This document shows, piece after piece, positions 9,373 through 18,991 of a stretch of DNA of 64,000 nucleotides. Below the pieces are notes generated by a model. It searched no databases and was not told the origin of the DNA. It saw nothing but the letters and a program-made list of their open reading frames with translations. The position numbers and the translations under genes are program-made. This DNA is from Nitrospinaceae bacterium (GTDB taxonomy: Bacteria > Nitrospinota > Nitrospinia > Nitrospinales > VA-1), in assembly GCA_046754465.1 (NCBI GenBank), contig JBHHVU010000006.1:1-64000 (forward strand). Reading direction: 5' to 3'. Numbering within the stretch: the stretch's first letter is position 1; each line of letters begins with the position of its first letter.

Positions 9373-9415
9373 CTAACCCAAATCTAACGAAACTCTAACA
9401 AGACCGCATTAAATT
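9373..9415 (+). promoter_or_regulatory. Pho-box-like triple repeat and -10 element of pstS
   Basis: CTAAC at 9373, 9384 and 9395 (exact 11-bp period). TAAATT lies 10 bp after the last repeat. Confidence 0.75.
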
Positions 9416-9435
9416 TCAGAAAAAGGAGTGACGCA

Positions 9436-10434
9436 ATGAAAATGAATCAATGGTTACGCATGTTGATGATGAGTTTGGTCCTGATGGGTACCACCGCCGT
9501 TTGGGTTGAGGCGGAAACGATTAAGGTGGACCCCAATATTCCCCCTTACCAAAAAGTAGGAGGCGTCAGTGGAAATCTTTCGAGTGTAGGGTCCGACACC
9601 CTGAACAACCTCATGACCTTTTGGTCCGAGAAGTTCAAGGAGTTTTATCCGAACGTGAACATCCAGGTGGAAGGGAAAGGATCCTCGACCGCTCCGCCGG
9701 CCCTCATCTCGGCCACCGCGCAACTGGGTCCCATGTCCCGAAAGATGAAGGGAAAGGAAATCGACGCATTTGAAAGGAAATTTGGCTACAAACCCACCCG
9801 CATCCGGGTGGCGGTGGATGCCCTGGCCGTTTTCGTGAACAAGGATAATCCAATCAAGGGCATGAGCCTGGAACAAGTGGACGCGATTTTTTCCAAATCC
9901 CGGCGCCGCGGCCATGGCGAAATCACCACCTGGGGCGACCTGGGCCTGCGGAGCGATTGGGCGAAAAAACCCATAAGCCTGTATGGACGTAATTCCGCAT
10001 CGGGCACCTACGGCTTTTTTAAACATCTGGTCATGAAAAAAGGGGATTACAGGGACGAAGTCAAGGAACAGCCGGGTTCCGCCTCCGTGGTTCAGGGGGT
10101 GAGTGTGGACCGTTATGCGGCGGGGTACAGCGGCATAGGCTATAAAACCGCCGGTGTGCGGGCCCTGCCCTTGTCCAAAAAGGGCGCCGCTTACGTCGAG
10201 GCGACGGGAACCAATGCACTCAAGGGTATTTATCCCTTGTCCCGGTTTCTGTATGTCTATGTCAACAAGGCTCCCGGCAAACCGCTGGATCCCATGACCG
10301 CCGAGTTTATTAAGATGGTTCTTTCCAGGGAAGGTCAGCAAGTGGTTCTCAAGGGAGGCTATTTCCCCTTGGCCCATGCGGTGATCCAACAGGATTTGGA
10401 AAAAATTCTTTCTTCGCCGCTGGCGAGTAATTAA
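9436..10434 (+). CDS. pstS: Phosphate ABC transporter substrate-binding protein
   Basis: [41 protein letters not shown], plus a signal peptide. Confidence 0.95.
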   Translation: MKMNQWLRMLMMSLVLMGTTAVWVEAETIKVDPNIPPYQKVGGVSGNLSSVGSDTLNNLMTFWSEKFKEFYPNVNIQVEGKGSSTAPPALISATAQLGPMSRKMKGKEIDAFERKFGYKPTRIRVAVDALAVFVNKDNPIKGMSLEQVDAIFSKSRRRGHGEITTWGDLGLRSDWAKKPISLYGRNSASGTYGFFKHLVMKKGDYRDEVKEQPGSASVVQGVSVDRYAAGYSGIGYKTAGVRALPLSKKGAAYVEATGTNALKGIYPLSRFLYVYVNKAPGKPLDPMTAEFIKMVLSREGQQVVLKGGYFPLAHAVIQQDLEKILSSPLASN

Positions 10435-10437
10435 TTC

Positions 10438-12714
10438 ATGCCAATACTGGAAACCCCAAAAAACCCTGGTTCGGCTTCTCCCTCGGGGGACCGCGGCCAG
10501 GGTATTTTTTTGAAGATGGGATGGAATCGCCGCCGGCTGTTGATGGATAAACTGGCCGGCAGAGGGGTCCTGCTCGGCGGCTGGGTCATCATCGCTTCCA
10601 TACTCGCGATCCTTTTGGTGATTGTTTTTGAAATTTATCCCTTGTTTCTGGCCCCAAAGACCGAATTGAAGACGGCTCTGGCCACCGGCCTCGACTCCCC
10701 GCCGTTGGCAGTGGGAATCGATCGATACCAGCAATTGGCTTACGTGGTAAACGCCGACGGGATTCATTTCTTTTCCCTGGAAAACAAACGGGCTCTCCCC
10801 TCCTTGCCGCTTGCGGGATTGGAAGGGGCGCGGATTTCCAGTGCGGCCTCCGGAGGAAAAAACCGTTGGGCCTTGGGTCTTTCCGATGGAAGGGTTTTGC
10901 CTGTTCAGGTTCAGTTTCATTATCGATATAAAGAGGGGGTCCGCTCGGCGCATCCGGCACTGGAAACCATGGACCCGCTGGTGATTCAGGAGGAGGGTTC
11001 ACCGGTTGTACTCCTGACGTATGCGTTCAGGGATTCGGGATTCAGCATTTCGGCGGTAACGGGACCGGACCGGGTGGTCTTGGTACGGGTCCAGGAACAG
11101 GAAACCATGATGGGGACCCGGGAGCAAACCCGCAGCCAGGTATCCTTTTCCCTTCCCGTGACAGGGGAAATTTCGGCCCTGGTTTTAAATCCGGAGGATA
11201 ACTCCCTTCTGGCCGGAACCACGTCCGGTCAAATCCTCCGCGCCGGTTTCGATGAGGATGCGGCTCCGGAGTCGATTGAAATCATCGGAGCCACGGCCCA
11301 CAATAATATCGCGGTAACCTGCATGGGATTCGTCTTGGGGAATTACACCCTGGCCGTGGGAGATTCCGGTGGGGGGGTGACCTCTTATCAATTGATGAAA
11401 GGCCCGGACGGGAAATTGCATCTTCGCCGCATTCATGAATTTTCTCCCCACAATATGCCGGTGCGCTTATTTTCCCCTTCCCGGAGAAACAAAGGATTCA
11501 TTTCGGGTTCCACGGATTCCTTGAAAATTCATTACGCGACTACCGGGGTGACCCAACTTGGCATTGATAATTCCGGCGGTCCCGGGTATCGGGCGGTCAC
11601 CCTGTCTCCGAAGGGGAATTCCCTGATGGCCGCGGATAGCCGATCCCGTTTATTTCACTGGACCCTGGTCAATCCCTATCCCCAGGTCACCTATCAGTCG
11701 CTGTTCGGCAAAATCTGGTATGAAGGGTATTCCGGACCGGAGTACGTCTGGCAATCCACCGGCGGAACGGATGCCTTTGAGCCCAAGTTCAGCCTGGTTC
11801 CGCTCATTTTCGGCACTTTGAAGGGGACCTTTTATGCCATGTTATTCGCGGCGCCGGTCGCGTTTTTTGGCGCGTTTTACACCTCGCAATTCATGAACAA
11901 GCGATTCCGTGGAATGGTCAAACCGGCTATCGAAATGATGGCCGCCCTGCCCAGCGTGATCCTGGGTTTTTTCGCGGCCCTGATCATCGCCCCGGAAGTG
12001 GAGCGGTTTCTTCCCGGAATCGCCCTGGTGCCTTTTGTCATTCTTGCAATGATCCTGGCGGGGGTTTGGGGATATAAAATGTGTGAGGGAATCCGGGGAT
12101 ATTTTAAAAATGGAATGGAAATCACCCTTCTGGTGCCATTGGTCCTGATCGCGGGTGTTCTTTCCTTTTACCTGGGAACGTGGGTGGAGGCGAATTGGCT
12201 TCAGGGCGATTACCGAAACTGGCTGCAGGAGGTTTTCCAAACCACCTATGACCAGCGAAATACCCTGGTGGTGGGCTTGGCCATGGGGTTCGCGGTGATT
12301 CCCATCATCTTCACGATAACGGAGGATTCCCTGTCCAACGTACCGGACCATTTAAAGGCATCCTCCCTGGCCCTGGGAGCGACTCCCTGGCAAACCGCGG
12401 TCAAGGTGGTGCTCCCCACGGCGAGCCCAGGAATATTTTCCGCGATCATGATTGGTTTTGGCCGGGCGGTGGGGGAAACGATGATCGTGTTGATGGCCAC
12501 GGGCAATACGCCCGTTATGAACTGGAACATATTCAGGGGATTCCGGGCCTTGTCCGCCAATATCGCGGTGGAGCTGCCCGAGGCGCCGGAGGGCGGAACC
12601 TTGTTCCGGGTTCTGTTTTTAGCCGCCTTTTTGCTTTTCGTCATGACTTTCCTGGTCAATACCATCGCCGAACTGGTGCGGCTGCGGTTAAGAAAAAAAT
12701 ATCGCGTGTTATGA
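10438..12714 (+). CDS. pstC: Phosphate ABC transporter permease PstC, long form with large periplasmic (probably beta-propeller) insertion
   Basis: WQSTGGTDAFEPKFSLVPLIFGTLK, EMMAALPSVILGF, GRAVGETMIVLMATGN. Confidence 0.9.
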   Translation: MPILETPKNPGSASPSGDRGQGIFLKMGWNRRRLLMDKLAGRGVLLGGWVIIASILAILLVIVFEIYPLFLAPKTELKTALATGLDSPPLAVGIDRYQQLAYVVNADGIHFFSLENKRALPSLPLAGLEGARISSAASGGKNRWALGLSDGRVLPVQVQFHYRYKEGVRSAHPALETMDPLVIQEEGSPVVLLTYAFRDSGFSISAVTGPDRVVLVRVQEQETMMGTREQTRSQVSFSLPVTGEISALVLNPEDNSLLAGTTSGQILRAGFDEDAAPESIEIIGATAHNNIAVTCMGFVLGNYTLAVGDSGGGVTSYQLMKGPDGKLHLRRIHEFSPHNMPVRLFSPSRRNKGFISGSTDSLKIHYATTGVTQLGIDNSGGPGYRAVTLSPKGNSLMAADSRSRLFHWTLVNPYPQVTYQSLFGKIWYEGYSGPEYVWQSTGGTDAFEPKFSLVPLIFGTLKGTFYAMLFAAPVAFFGAFYTSQFMNKRFRGMVKPAIEMMAALPSVILGFFAALIIAPEVERFLPGIALVPFVILAMILAGVWGYKMCEGIRGYFKNGMEITLLVPLVLIAGVLSFYLGTWVEANWLQGDYRNWLQEVFQTTYDQRNTLVVGLAMGFAVIPIIFTITEDSLSNVPDHLKASSLALGATPWQTAVKVVLPTASPGIFSAIMIGFGRAVGETMIVLMATGNTPVMNWNIFRGFRALSANIAVELPEAPEGGTLFRVLFLAAFLLFVMTFLVNTIAELVRLRLRKKYRVL

Positions 12715-14336
12715 ATCGCTCCTGGAATCAAATCTGGAAAAGAGGAGATGTCTTCGTCTGGGGGGCCGGGGCCATCCTGGCCATCACCCTGATCATGCTG
12801 GCGGGCCTGCTCCTCTCCATTTTTTTGAATGCGGCCCCGTTTTTCTGGGAAGATGAACTGGTTCAGTTGTCCCTTGCCGGCGGGCGCACCGTTTTGGGGG
12901 AAATCAAGGAGCGGGAGGCCGTTCCCGATCCGGAAAACCCGGCAGCTTCCCTGAAATACCGGATTCAGTTGAAACAGGGGAACCGGGACCTTTATGGCAC
13001 AGACCATATCTGGATCGATGAAAAAAACATTCGCAACCGGGAGCTTCCTAAAAATGCCCTTGCGGTGGAACGCCGGGAATGGGGGATATTTTTCGGCTAC
13101 CTTGAAGCGGTGCGTGTAGACAAGGAAACCCTGGAGGGGGGAACCCGGGGAATGAAAGTCCTTCAAGACCATCTGCCCCGGGCTCTCGAGACCCATGAAA
13201 AAGCCCGGAAAATTCAAAAGCAGCAAATCGGGAAAATCAATTTTTATCTGGAAAAAAACCGGCTGCGATTGAAAAAACTGGAGGCCGGGGGCATCGCCTC
13301 CGGAGAGGCCGTCCAGCAATTGCAAAACCAGAACCGGGAATATCGAAAAACACTCAAGAAACTGGAATCCCTTTTAGGTCAATTGCGATCCCGTGAGACC
13401 GGGGAAGCGGTTTTCCGCACCGCCGATGGCAAGGAGAAACGCATTCCCTTTTCCAAGATCATCCGTGTCCAGACCCCCAATCGGATGAATCTGTTGGACC
13501 GCCTGCGATTTTTTTCCATCCGGGTTTGGGAATTCATCTTTGACGACCCTCGCGAGTCCAACACCGAGGGCGGTATATTCCCCGCGATTTTCGGGACCGT
13601 GATGATGGTGTTGATCATGACCTTGTTCGCAACGCCCCTGGGGATACTCGCCGCGCTCTATCTTCGGGAATACGCCCGCCAGGGCCTCTGGGTCAGTGCC
13701 GTCCGCATCGCGGTCAACAACCTGGCCGGGGTGCCCTCCATCGTCTTCGGGGTATTCGGCGTCGGATTTTTTATTTATTTTATCGGAGGATCGATTGACA
13801 AGTTTTTCTTTTCGGAATCCTTGCCCGCCCCCACCTTTGGAACGGGAGGAATTCTGTGGGCTTCCTTGACCATGACGCTTTTAACGGTTCCGGTGGTGAT
13901 CGTATCGATCGAGGAAGGGTTAGCGGCGGTTCCCCAGAGTATTCGGGAAGCGTCTCTTTCCCTGGGCGCCACGAAATTTGAGACGACTTGGCGGGTGGTC
14001 TTGCCCGCGGTCATGCCCTCGGTGCTTACCGGATTGATCCTGGCCATGGCCCGCGCCGCGGGCGAGGTGGCGCCGTTGATGATCACCGGTGTGGTGAAAC
14101 TGGCGCCTTCGCTTCCCCTGGACGATCTTTGGCCCTTCCTTCACCTGGAACGTAAATTCATGCACCTGGGATTCCATATTTACGATGTGGGGTTTCAATC
14201 CCCCAATGTGGACGCTGCCCGTCCCATGGTCTTCGCGACCACCCTGTTGTTGATCCTAATGGTATTACTTTTGAATATTTCCGCGATCGTATTGAGAAAT
14301 CGCCTTCGGCGAAAACTGTCGGGCTCGGCCTTGTAA
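12711..14336 (+). CDS. pstA: Phosphate ABC transporter permease PstA, long form
   Basis: [42 protein letters not shown]. Confidence 0.93.
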   Translation: MNRSWNQIWKRGDVFVWGAGAILAITLIMLAGLLLSIFLNAAPFFWEDELVQLSLAGGRTVLGEIKEREAVPDPENPAASLKYRIQLKQGNRDLYGTDHIWIDEKNIRNRELPKNALAVERREWGIFFGYLEAVRVDKETLEGGTRGMKVLQDHLPRALETHEKARKIQKQQIGKINFYLEKNRLRLKKLEAGGIASGEAVQQLQNQNREYRKTLKKLESLLGQLRSRETGEAVFRTADGKEKRIPFSKIIRVQTPNRMNLLDRLRFFSIRVWEFIFDDPRESNTEGGIFPAIFGTVMMVLIMTLFATPLGILAALYLREYARQGLWVSAVRIAVNNLAGVPSIVFGVFGVGFFIYFIGGSIDKFFFSESLPAPTFGTGGILWASLTMTLLTVPVVIVSIEEGLAAVPQSIREASLSLGATKFETTWRVVLPAVMPSVLTGLILAMARAAGEVAPLMITGVVKLAPSLPLDDLWPFLHLERKFMHLGFHIYDVGFQSPNVDAARPMVFATTLLLILMVLLLNISAIVLRNRLRRKLSGSAL

Positions 14337-14350
14337 AGAAGGAGGAAGGG

Positions 14351-15199
14351 ATGGTTGAAATCAAATTGAAAACCCAAAGGATGGATCCCATCAAAATTCC
14401 CTCACCCGCATTGACTTTCCGCGAAGAAACCCATTCCGCGGACAAAGACCCCATCGTCGAGATCGAACGGCTTTCATTTTTTTATGGAGAAAAACAGGCG
14501 CTGAAGAACATCGCCATGACCATTCCCCAAAACCAGATCACTTCATTGATCGGACCCTCCGGCTGCGGGAAATCCACCCTTTTGCGGTGTTTCAACCGAA
14601 TGAATGATCTCGTGGAAGGCGGACGCATGGAGGGCACCATCCGAATCAAGGGGGTGGACCTGATGCGATCCAGGGAAGATGTGAGCCACCTGCGCAAGCG
14701 GGTGGGAATGGTTTTTCAAAAATTCAATCCCTTTCCCAAGACCATTTTTGAAAATGTGGCTTTTGGACCGAAGATTCACGGGAACAAGAATAAGCGCCGG
14801 CTGGAGGAAATCGTGGAGCGGAGCCTTCGGTCAGTCGCCCTGTGGGAAGAGGTAAAAGACCGGCTCCATGAAAGCGCCTTGCTGCTGTCCGGCGGGCAGC
14901 AGCAAAGGCTTTGCATTGCCAGGGCCATTTCCGTGGAACCGGAAATCCTGCTGATGGACGAGCCCTGCTCGGCCCTCGACCCCATCGCGACGGCGTGGAT
15001 CGAGGATTTGATGATGGGGCTCAAGGAAAGGTATACCATCGTGATCGTAACTCACAACATGCAGCAGGCGGCGCGCATCGCCGATTTTACCGGATTCCTG
15101 TTGCTTGGAGAGTTGGTGGAGTTTGATGTCACCAATCGGTTGTTTACCAAACCCAGTGAAAAAAAGACCGAGGATTATATCACCGGACGGTTCGGATAA
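14351..15199 (+). CDS. pstB: Phosphate ABC transporter ATP-binding protein
   Basis: [42 protein letters not shown]. Confidence 0.96.
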   Translation: MVEIKLKTQRMDPIKIPSPALTFREETHSADKDPIVEIERLSFFYGEKQALKNIAMTIPQNQITSLIGPSGCGKSTLLRCFNRMNDLVEGGRMEGTIRIKGVDLMRSREDVSHLRKRVGMVFQKFNPFPKTIFENVAFGPKIHGNKNKRRLEEIVERSLRSVALWEEVKDRLHESALLLSGGQQQRLCIARAISVEPEILLMDEPCSALDPIATAWIEDLMMGLKERYTIVIVTHNMQQAARIADFTGFLLLGELVEFDVTNRLFTKPSEKKTEDYITGRFG

Positions 15200-15212
15200 A
15201 GGAGCCCCGCCA

Positions 15213-15908
15213 ATGGCCAGACACACCATACACCTTCAAAGAGAAATCGATAATCTCAAGCGGATGATCCTGGGTTTGGGAGCCGATGTGGAAGAAAGCG
15301 TGAACCACGCAGTCAAGGCCTTGATCGAGAGGGAAAGAAAATTGGCCCAGAAAGTGATCCATTCCGACCACAGGATCGACCAGAAGGAAGTCGATGTCGA
15401 GGAGGAATGCCTGAAGATCCTCGCCCTGTACCAACCCGTGGCCAACGACCTGCGCCTCATCATTGCCATCCTGAAAATCAACAACGACCTGGAACGAATC
15501 GGCGATCTGGCCGTCAACATCGCCGAGCGGGCGGTCGTTCTGTCCACACGGGATAAACTGGAGATCCCCATCAATCTTCAATCCATGGCCGTGAAAACCC
15601 AGACCATGTTGAAAAGCAGCCTGGACGCGCTGGTGAAGACCGATCCCGAACTGGCCCGCCGGGTTTGCGCGGCGGACGACGAAGTGGATGCGCTGAACCG
15701 GGAAATGTATATCAGGATCAAGGAAGCCATCCACAAAAACCCCGATCTTATGGACAGCATGATTCAACTCCTCTCCGCGTCCCGATACCTGGAACGAGTG
15801 GCCGACCACGCCACCAACATCGCCGAGGACGTGATCTACCTGGTGGAAGGCAAGATTATTCGGCATACCGGAAAAATCCTCGGGCCGGATTCCAATTTCA
15901 AAAATTAA
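15213..15908 (+). CDS. phoU: Phosphate signalling protein PhoU
   Basis: QPVANDLR, DLERIGDLAVNIA, LERVADHATNIAE. Start reassigned to ATG 15213, which follows an AAGGAG RBS. Confidence 0.95.
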   Translation: MARHTIHLQREIDNLKRMILGLGADVEESVNHAVKALIERERKLAQKVIHSDHRIDQKEVDVEEECLKILALYQPVANDLRLIIAILKINNDLERIGDLAVNIAERAVVLSTRDKLEIPINLQSMAVKTQTMLKSSLDALVKTDPELARRVCAADDEVDALNREMYIRIKEAIHKNPDLMDSMIQLLSASRYLERVADHATNIAEDVIYLVEGKIIRHTGKILGPDSNFKN

Positions 15909-16030
15909 AATTCCGGTTTCTCCTGGCGGGTTTTCTGGTAAAATGCGGCCCGTCCGGGAGACTTTGTGAAAGCAGGAGGGACCCTCACGATCTTCCACAT
16001 CCATCAAGAGATTTTTCTAAGGGGACAACC

Positions 16031-16423
16031 ATGAAAACGACAAAGGCATTTTTCACCCTCAGCGTTATCACGGTCTGGATGAGTTTGATGGCCCTGCCGG
16101 GCGTGGCGATTTCCGATCCCCTGGACGGTTCCCCGGCGAAGATGAAGATCTCCGGAAAACCGCGGGTTCAGGAAGCGATCGCCCAACTGGCCCAGAAGGG
16201 GGAGGAAAGCAAGCGACAGAGGGCCTGTTTCAGGGAGAGCACGGTAGAAAAATGCTCTGCCTGCTGCAAATCGCTGCTGGAGGCCTGCCGCGCGATGGTG
16301 ATCCCTTTCTGTCTGGATGGTGAACCAAACCGGTCGGAATTCCGGCATTGCCACCGGGGACGGTTGGACCGGTGCAATGGTGATTTTGAAAACTGCGGCT
16401 GGCTTTGCCGGCGCGTAAAATAA
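16031..16423 (+). CDS. Small exported Cys-rich protein (130 aa, 10 Cys), unknown function
   Basis: ATG 16031 after AAGGGG RBS; N-terminal signal-peptide-like MKTTKAFFTLSVITVWMSLMALPGVAIS. It is the C-terminal part of track ORF 15665..16423. Confidence 0.65.
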   Translation: MKTTKAFFTLSVITVWMSLMALPGVAISDPLDGSPAKMKISGKPRVQEAIAQLAQKGEESKRQRACFRESTVEKCSACCKSLLEACRAMVIPFCLDGEPNRSEFRHCHRGRLDRCNGDFENCGWLCRRVK

Positions 16424-16497
16424 CCGGCGAGCGTCCCGGGAATCCGAGGGCGTCTCCCGGGGAGGCCCGTTTCCCTCGGGATTACCGGATGCGCCGG
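16424..16497. terminator. Imperfect GC-rich hairpin between convergent genes
   Basis: ccggcg...aatccgaggg pairs imperfectly with ccctcgggatt...cgccgg. No U-tract. Confidence 0.3.
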
Positions 16498-17096
16498 GCT
16501 GGCCGCACCCCCCCGTTCTGGCACAAGTGGAATCGCCGTATATTCACCATGCCTTTTACAAAATAAAACGTCCGGGCGCAGCAATCGGTTAACTTGGTTT
16601 CATCGACATCGGAAGACCAATACCAATACGCGGCCCCGTCGGAAAATTTTTCATCCAGGGCCATTTTTTGATCGGGGTCGTTGTCCCATCCCTTCACATT
16701 CTCCTGGGTGTCGTCGTAAATTCCAAATAATTCGCGCAGCGTTGGCATCCGCCAATCGTCGTACCCCCCCGTCCTCAGGTTTTTGATATATTCCCGCGCC
16801 TGAAACCAGTTCAGGCATTTCCCCAGATCCCCGTAACTATCGGTCTTCGCCCACATCAATCCGGAATCGGGATCGGTGATGGTTCCATCCCCGTTGTCCA
16901 CCAGGTGCAGCTTCGACGCACGCGGAGGAGGTGGAACAAAAGCCGGGGCTTCATAAGGAGCTCTCGGCCCAATGTCTTCCACGCCGGCTCCCGAATCCAT
17001 GGGCGTGAAATAGAAAAGAATGGCAACGGCCAAGGCGAGGGATGCTGGAATCGAAGAAAGTGAAGAGGCGCGAAATATTTTCCTTGAAACGTTCAT
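16482..17096 (-). CDS. DUF1566 (Lcl C-terminal) domain exported protein
   Basis: VDNGDGTITDPDSGLMW, GGYDDWRMPTLREL, YWSS, VRPAR, plus an N-terminal hydrophobic segment. Confidence 0.88.
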   Translation of the reverse strand: MNVSRKIFRASSLSSIPASLALAVAILFYFTPMDSGAGVEDIGPRAPYEAPAFVPPPPRASKLHLVDNGDGTITDPDSGLMWAKTDSYGDLGKCLNWFQAREYIKNLRTGGYDDWRMPTLRELFGIYDDTQENVKGWDNDPDQKMALDEKFSDGAAYWYWSSDVDETKLTDCCARTFYFVKGMVNIRRFHLCQNGGVRPARRIR

Positions 17097-18052
17097 AAGT
17101 AAAGTTGGGCTACCTCGTTGGCGTAGCCGTTAAAAGGTTTGGTTTTCACCCTATCCTCCTTGCCGGGGATCCTTTCAAATTCCTGGTGCCACCGGGCATA
17201 AGGAATTTCGGGGATGACATTGGCGTCGAAGTCGTATTCCAGGGGAGAAACACTCTGCCAGAACGTGTCCGGGGGTTCCCGGGTGAATTCGATACGGACG
17301 ATGGACTTGATACTTTTGAAGCCGTATTTCCAAGGGACGACGAGGCGAACGGGCGCCCCGTGCTGGGGGGGCAGGGGATGACCATAGATTCCCGCCGCCA
17401 TGAAACTCAACTCGTGCATCGCTTCTTCCATGCGTAACCCCTCCGTATACGGCCAGGGTTCCCAGAACCGTTTCTTTTGGCCGGGGGCGATGTTCGGATC
17501 GAGAAAGGTGGTGAACTTGACATACCGGGCCGAGGACAAAGGTTCCAGACGTTCGATCCATCGGCGCAGGGGAAACCCCGTCCAGGGGATCACCACCGCC
17601 CAGGCTTCCACACAGCGCAGCCGGTAGATGCGCTCCTCGGAAGGCATCTGGCGGATCAGCGTTTCCGCGTCGATCACACCGGGCTTTTTGACGAGACCCG
17701 CCACTTCTATCTTCCAGCCGCCGGTTTTCAATCCTTTCGCCAGCCGCCAGAGTTGATCCTTTACGGAGCCGAATTCATAAAAATTATTGTAACGCGAGAC
17801 GATCGATTCGGGGGTGACCCCGGAGGAAACGGCGTGGAAACCCGGATCGTTCGGGGCCTTCAGGCCGGCGGTTCGGGACGCGCCCCACACCCGGGACAGT
17901 CCCGGAAGGGGTGGTACCAGTAAAAAAGCCGCGGCGCCCATGCCCGCCCAGGTCACTTTGCGGAGAAACTGCCTGCGGTTCAGGTAAATCTCCTCGGGTG
18001 TGACCTGATTTTCCCTCAATTCCCAGGGTTTGGGAATTCTGATTACCGGCAT
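17093..18052 (-). CDS. msrP: Protein-methionine-sulfoxide reductase catalytic subunit (Mo-MPT, Tat exported)
   Basis: Tat motif NRRQFL, YNNFYEFG, Mo-ligand Cys in RLRCVEAW, HGAPVRLVVPWKYGFKSIKSI. Start placed at ATG 18052. Confidence 0.93.
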   Translation of the reverse strand: MPVIRIPKPWELRENQVTPEEIYLNRRQFLRKVTWAGMGAAAFLLVPPLPGLSRVWGASRTAGLKAPNDPGFHAVSSGVTPESIVSRYNNFYEFGSVKDQLWRLAKGLKTGGWKIEVAGLVKKPGVIDAETLIRQMPSEERIYRLRCVEAWAVVIPWTGFPLRRWIERLEPLSSARYVKFTTFLDPNIAPGQKKRFWEPWPYTEGLRMEEAMHELSFMAAGIYGHPLPPQHGAPVRLVVPWKYGFKSIKSIVRIEFTREPPDTFWQSVSPLEYDFDANVIPEIPYARWHQEFERIPGKEDRVKTKPFNGYANEVAQLYL

Positions 18053-18127
18053 TTCCGAATATCCTTCAATCGGGTAGACCGCCCGGTCCGGACAAAGCCC
18101 GCGGCTCAATCTTAACGGCGGCCCGGT

Positions 18128-18889
18128 TCAGGAATCGCGGGCGCACCGGAACCCAAGGGATGCAAGTTTTACATGGGGTTCCAGGCCAAACCGCATTCCC
18201 GTGTGAACGTAATAGGCGGCGTTGTACCAACTGCCGCCCCGGACAATTTTCCGGAAGCCCTCCCCCGGTCCCTTGGGATTCCTGGGCGGACTGTTTTGGT
18301 AGTAAGTCTCATCGAACCAACCGTTCACCCATTCCCACACGTTGCCGCTCATGTTGTGGAGACCGTACCCGTTGGGTTCCAGGGCATCGACCGTCACCGG
18401 ACCGGCGGTCAGGGACCGGCCAAACCGCCCCTTGGAAAGGTCGGCGGTTGCGGCGAATGAATAATCCCATCCCCGGGGACCCCGCGCGGCTTTTTCCCAT
18501 TCCGCCTCCGTGGGAAGCCGTTTCCCCCGGCTCCTGCAGAAGGCATCGGCATCGAACCAGCTGAGCCGGGTGGCGGGGCAACGGTCGCAGGCCGACTGGC
18601 GGCTCCTGCGGTAGGCGGGGTCGAACGTTTCGTAAACCGCGTTGGGCACCTCCGTCCGGTCGAGATAAAAGGCGTCCAACCAGATGGAATGGACCGGTTG
18701 TTCCGTCCTCCCTCCATCGCCAGCCCCCATGAGGAATTCCCCTCCGGGGATCAGTACATTTTCCTTTATGGGGTCCATGGTTTGCGCGGAGGAGGATAAC
18801 GGTAAAGTCAAAATAATCCCGGCCAGAAGGAAAAAAAATCCTGGAAATCGAACCCGCTTTCCTGGGGAATCTCCGTGCTTGGCCGCCAT
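18128..18889 (-). CDS. Formylglycine-generating enzyme (FGE/SUMF1/EgtB-like) domain exported protein
   Basis: IPGGEFLMG, RLPTEAEWEKAARG, PNGYGLHNMSGNVWEW, RGGSW, LGFRCA. Confidence 0.9.
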   Translation of the reverse strand: MAAKHGDSPGKRVRFPGFFFLLAGIILTLPLSSSAQTMDPIKENVLIPGGEFLMGAGDGGRTEQPVHSIWLDAFYLDRTEVPNAVYETFDPAYRRSRQSACDRCPATRLSWFDADAFCRSRGKRLPTEAEWEKAARGPRGWDYSFAATADLSKGRFGRSLTAGPVTVDALEPNGYGLHNMSGNVWEWVNGWFDETYYQNSPPRNPKGPGEGFRKIVRGGSWYNAAYYVHTGMRFGLEPHVKLASLGFRCARDS

Positions 18890-18991
18890 TATCGGTTCCT
18901 ATACCAAGTTGCAAAGTGTAGATTATAATTCTCTCCCGAAACAAATTAAAGATTATTTTCACCGGCCCCATTCCGGAAGACCGGGGAAAAC

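Noticed and set aside
9373..9399. Short periodic repeats considered as a CRISPR or tandem repeat
   Set aside because: The units are 5 bp at an 11-bp period with no spacers or cas genes. They are better explained as Pho boxes.
9454..10953. 499-aa antisense ORF over pstS/pstC, and similar long antisense ORFs (4757..5719, 8056..9081, 19400..20509, 35703..36821, 47264..48319, 60794..62167)
   Set aside because: They lie opposite well-supported genes, have no recognisable motifs, and are expected in GC-rich coding DNA.
15105..15212. N-terminal extension of PhoU in the ORF track
   Set aside because: It overlaps pstB. ATG 15213 has a clear RBS and gives a normal-length PhoU.
16031..16423. Cys-rich protein as a c-type cytochrome or RiPP precursor
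   Set aside because: It has no CxxCH motif and no adjacent modifying enzymes or peptidase-transporter.
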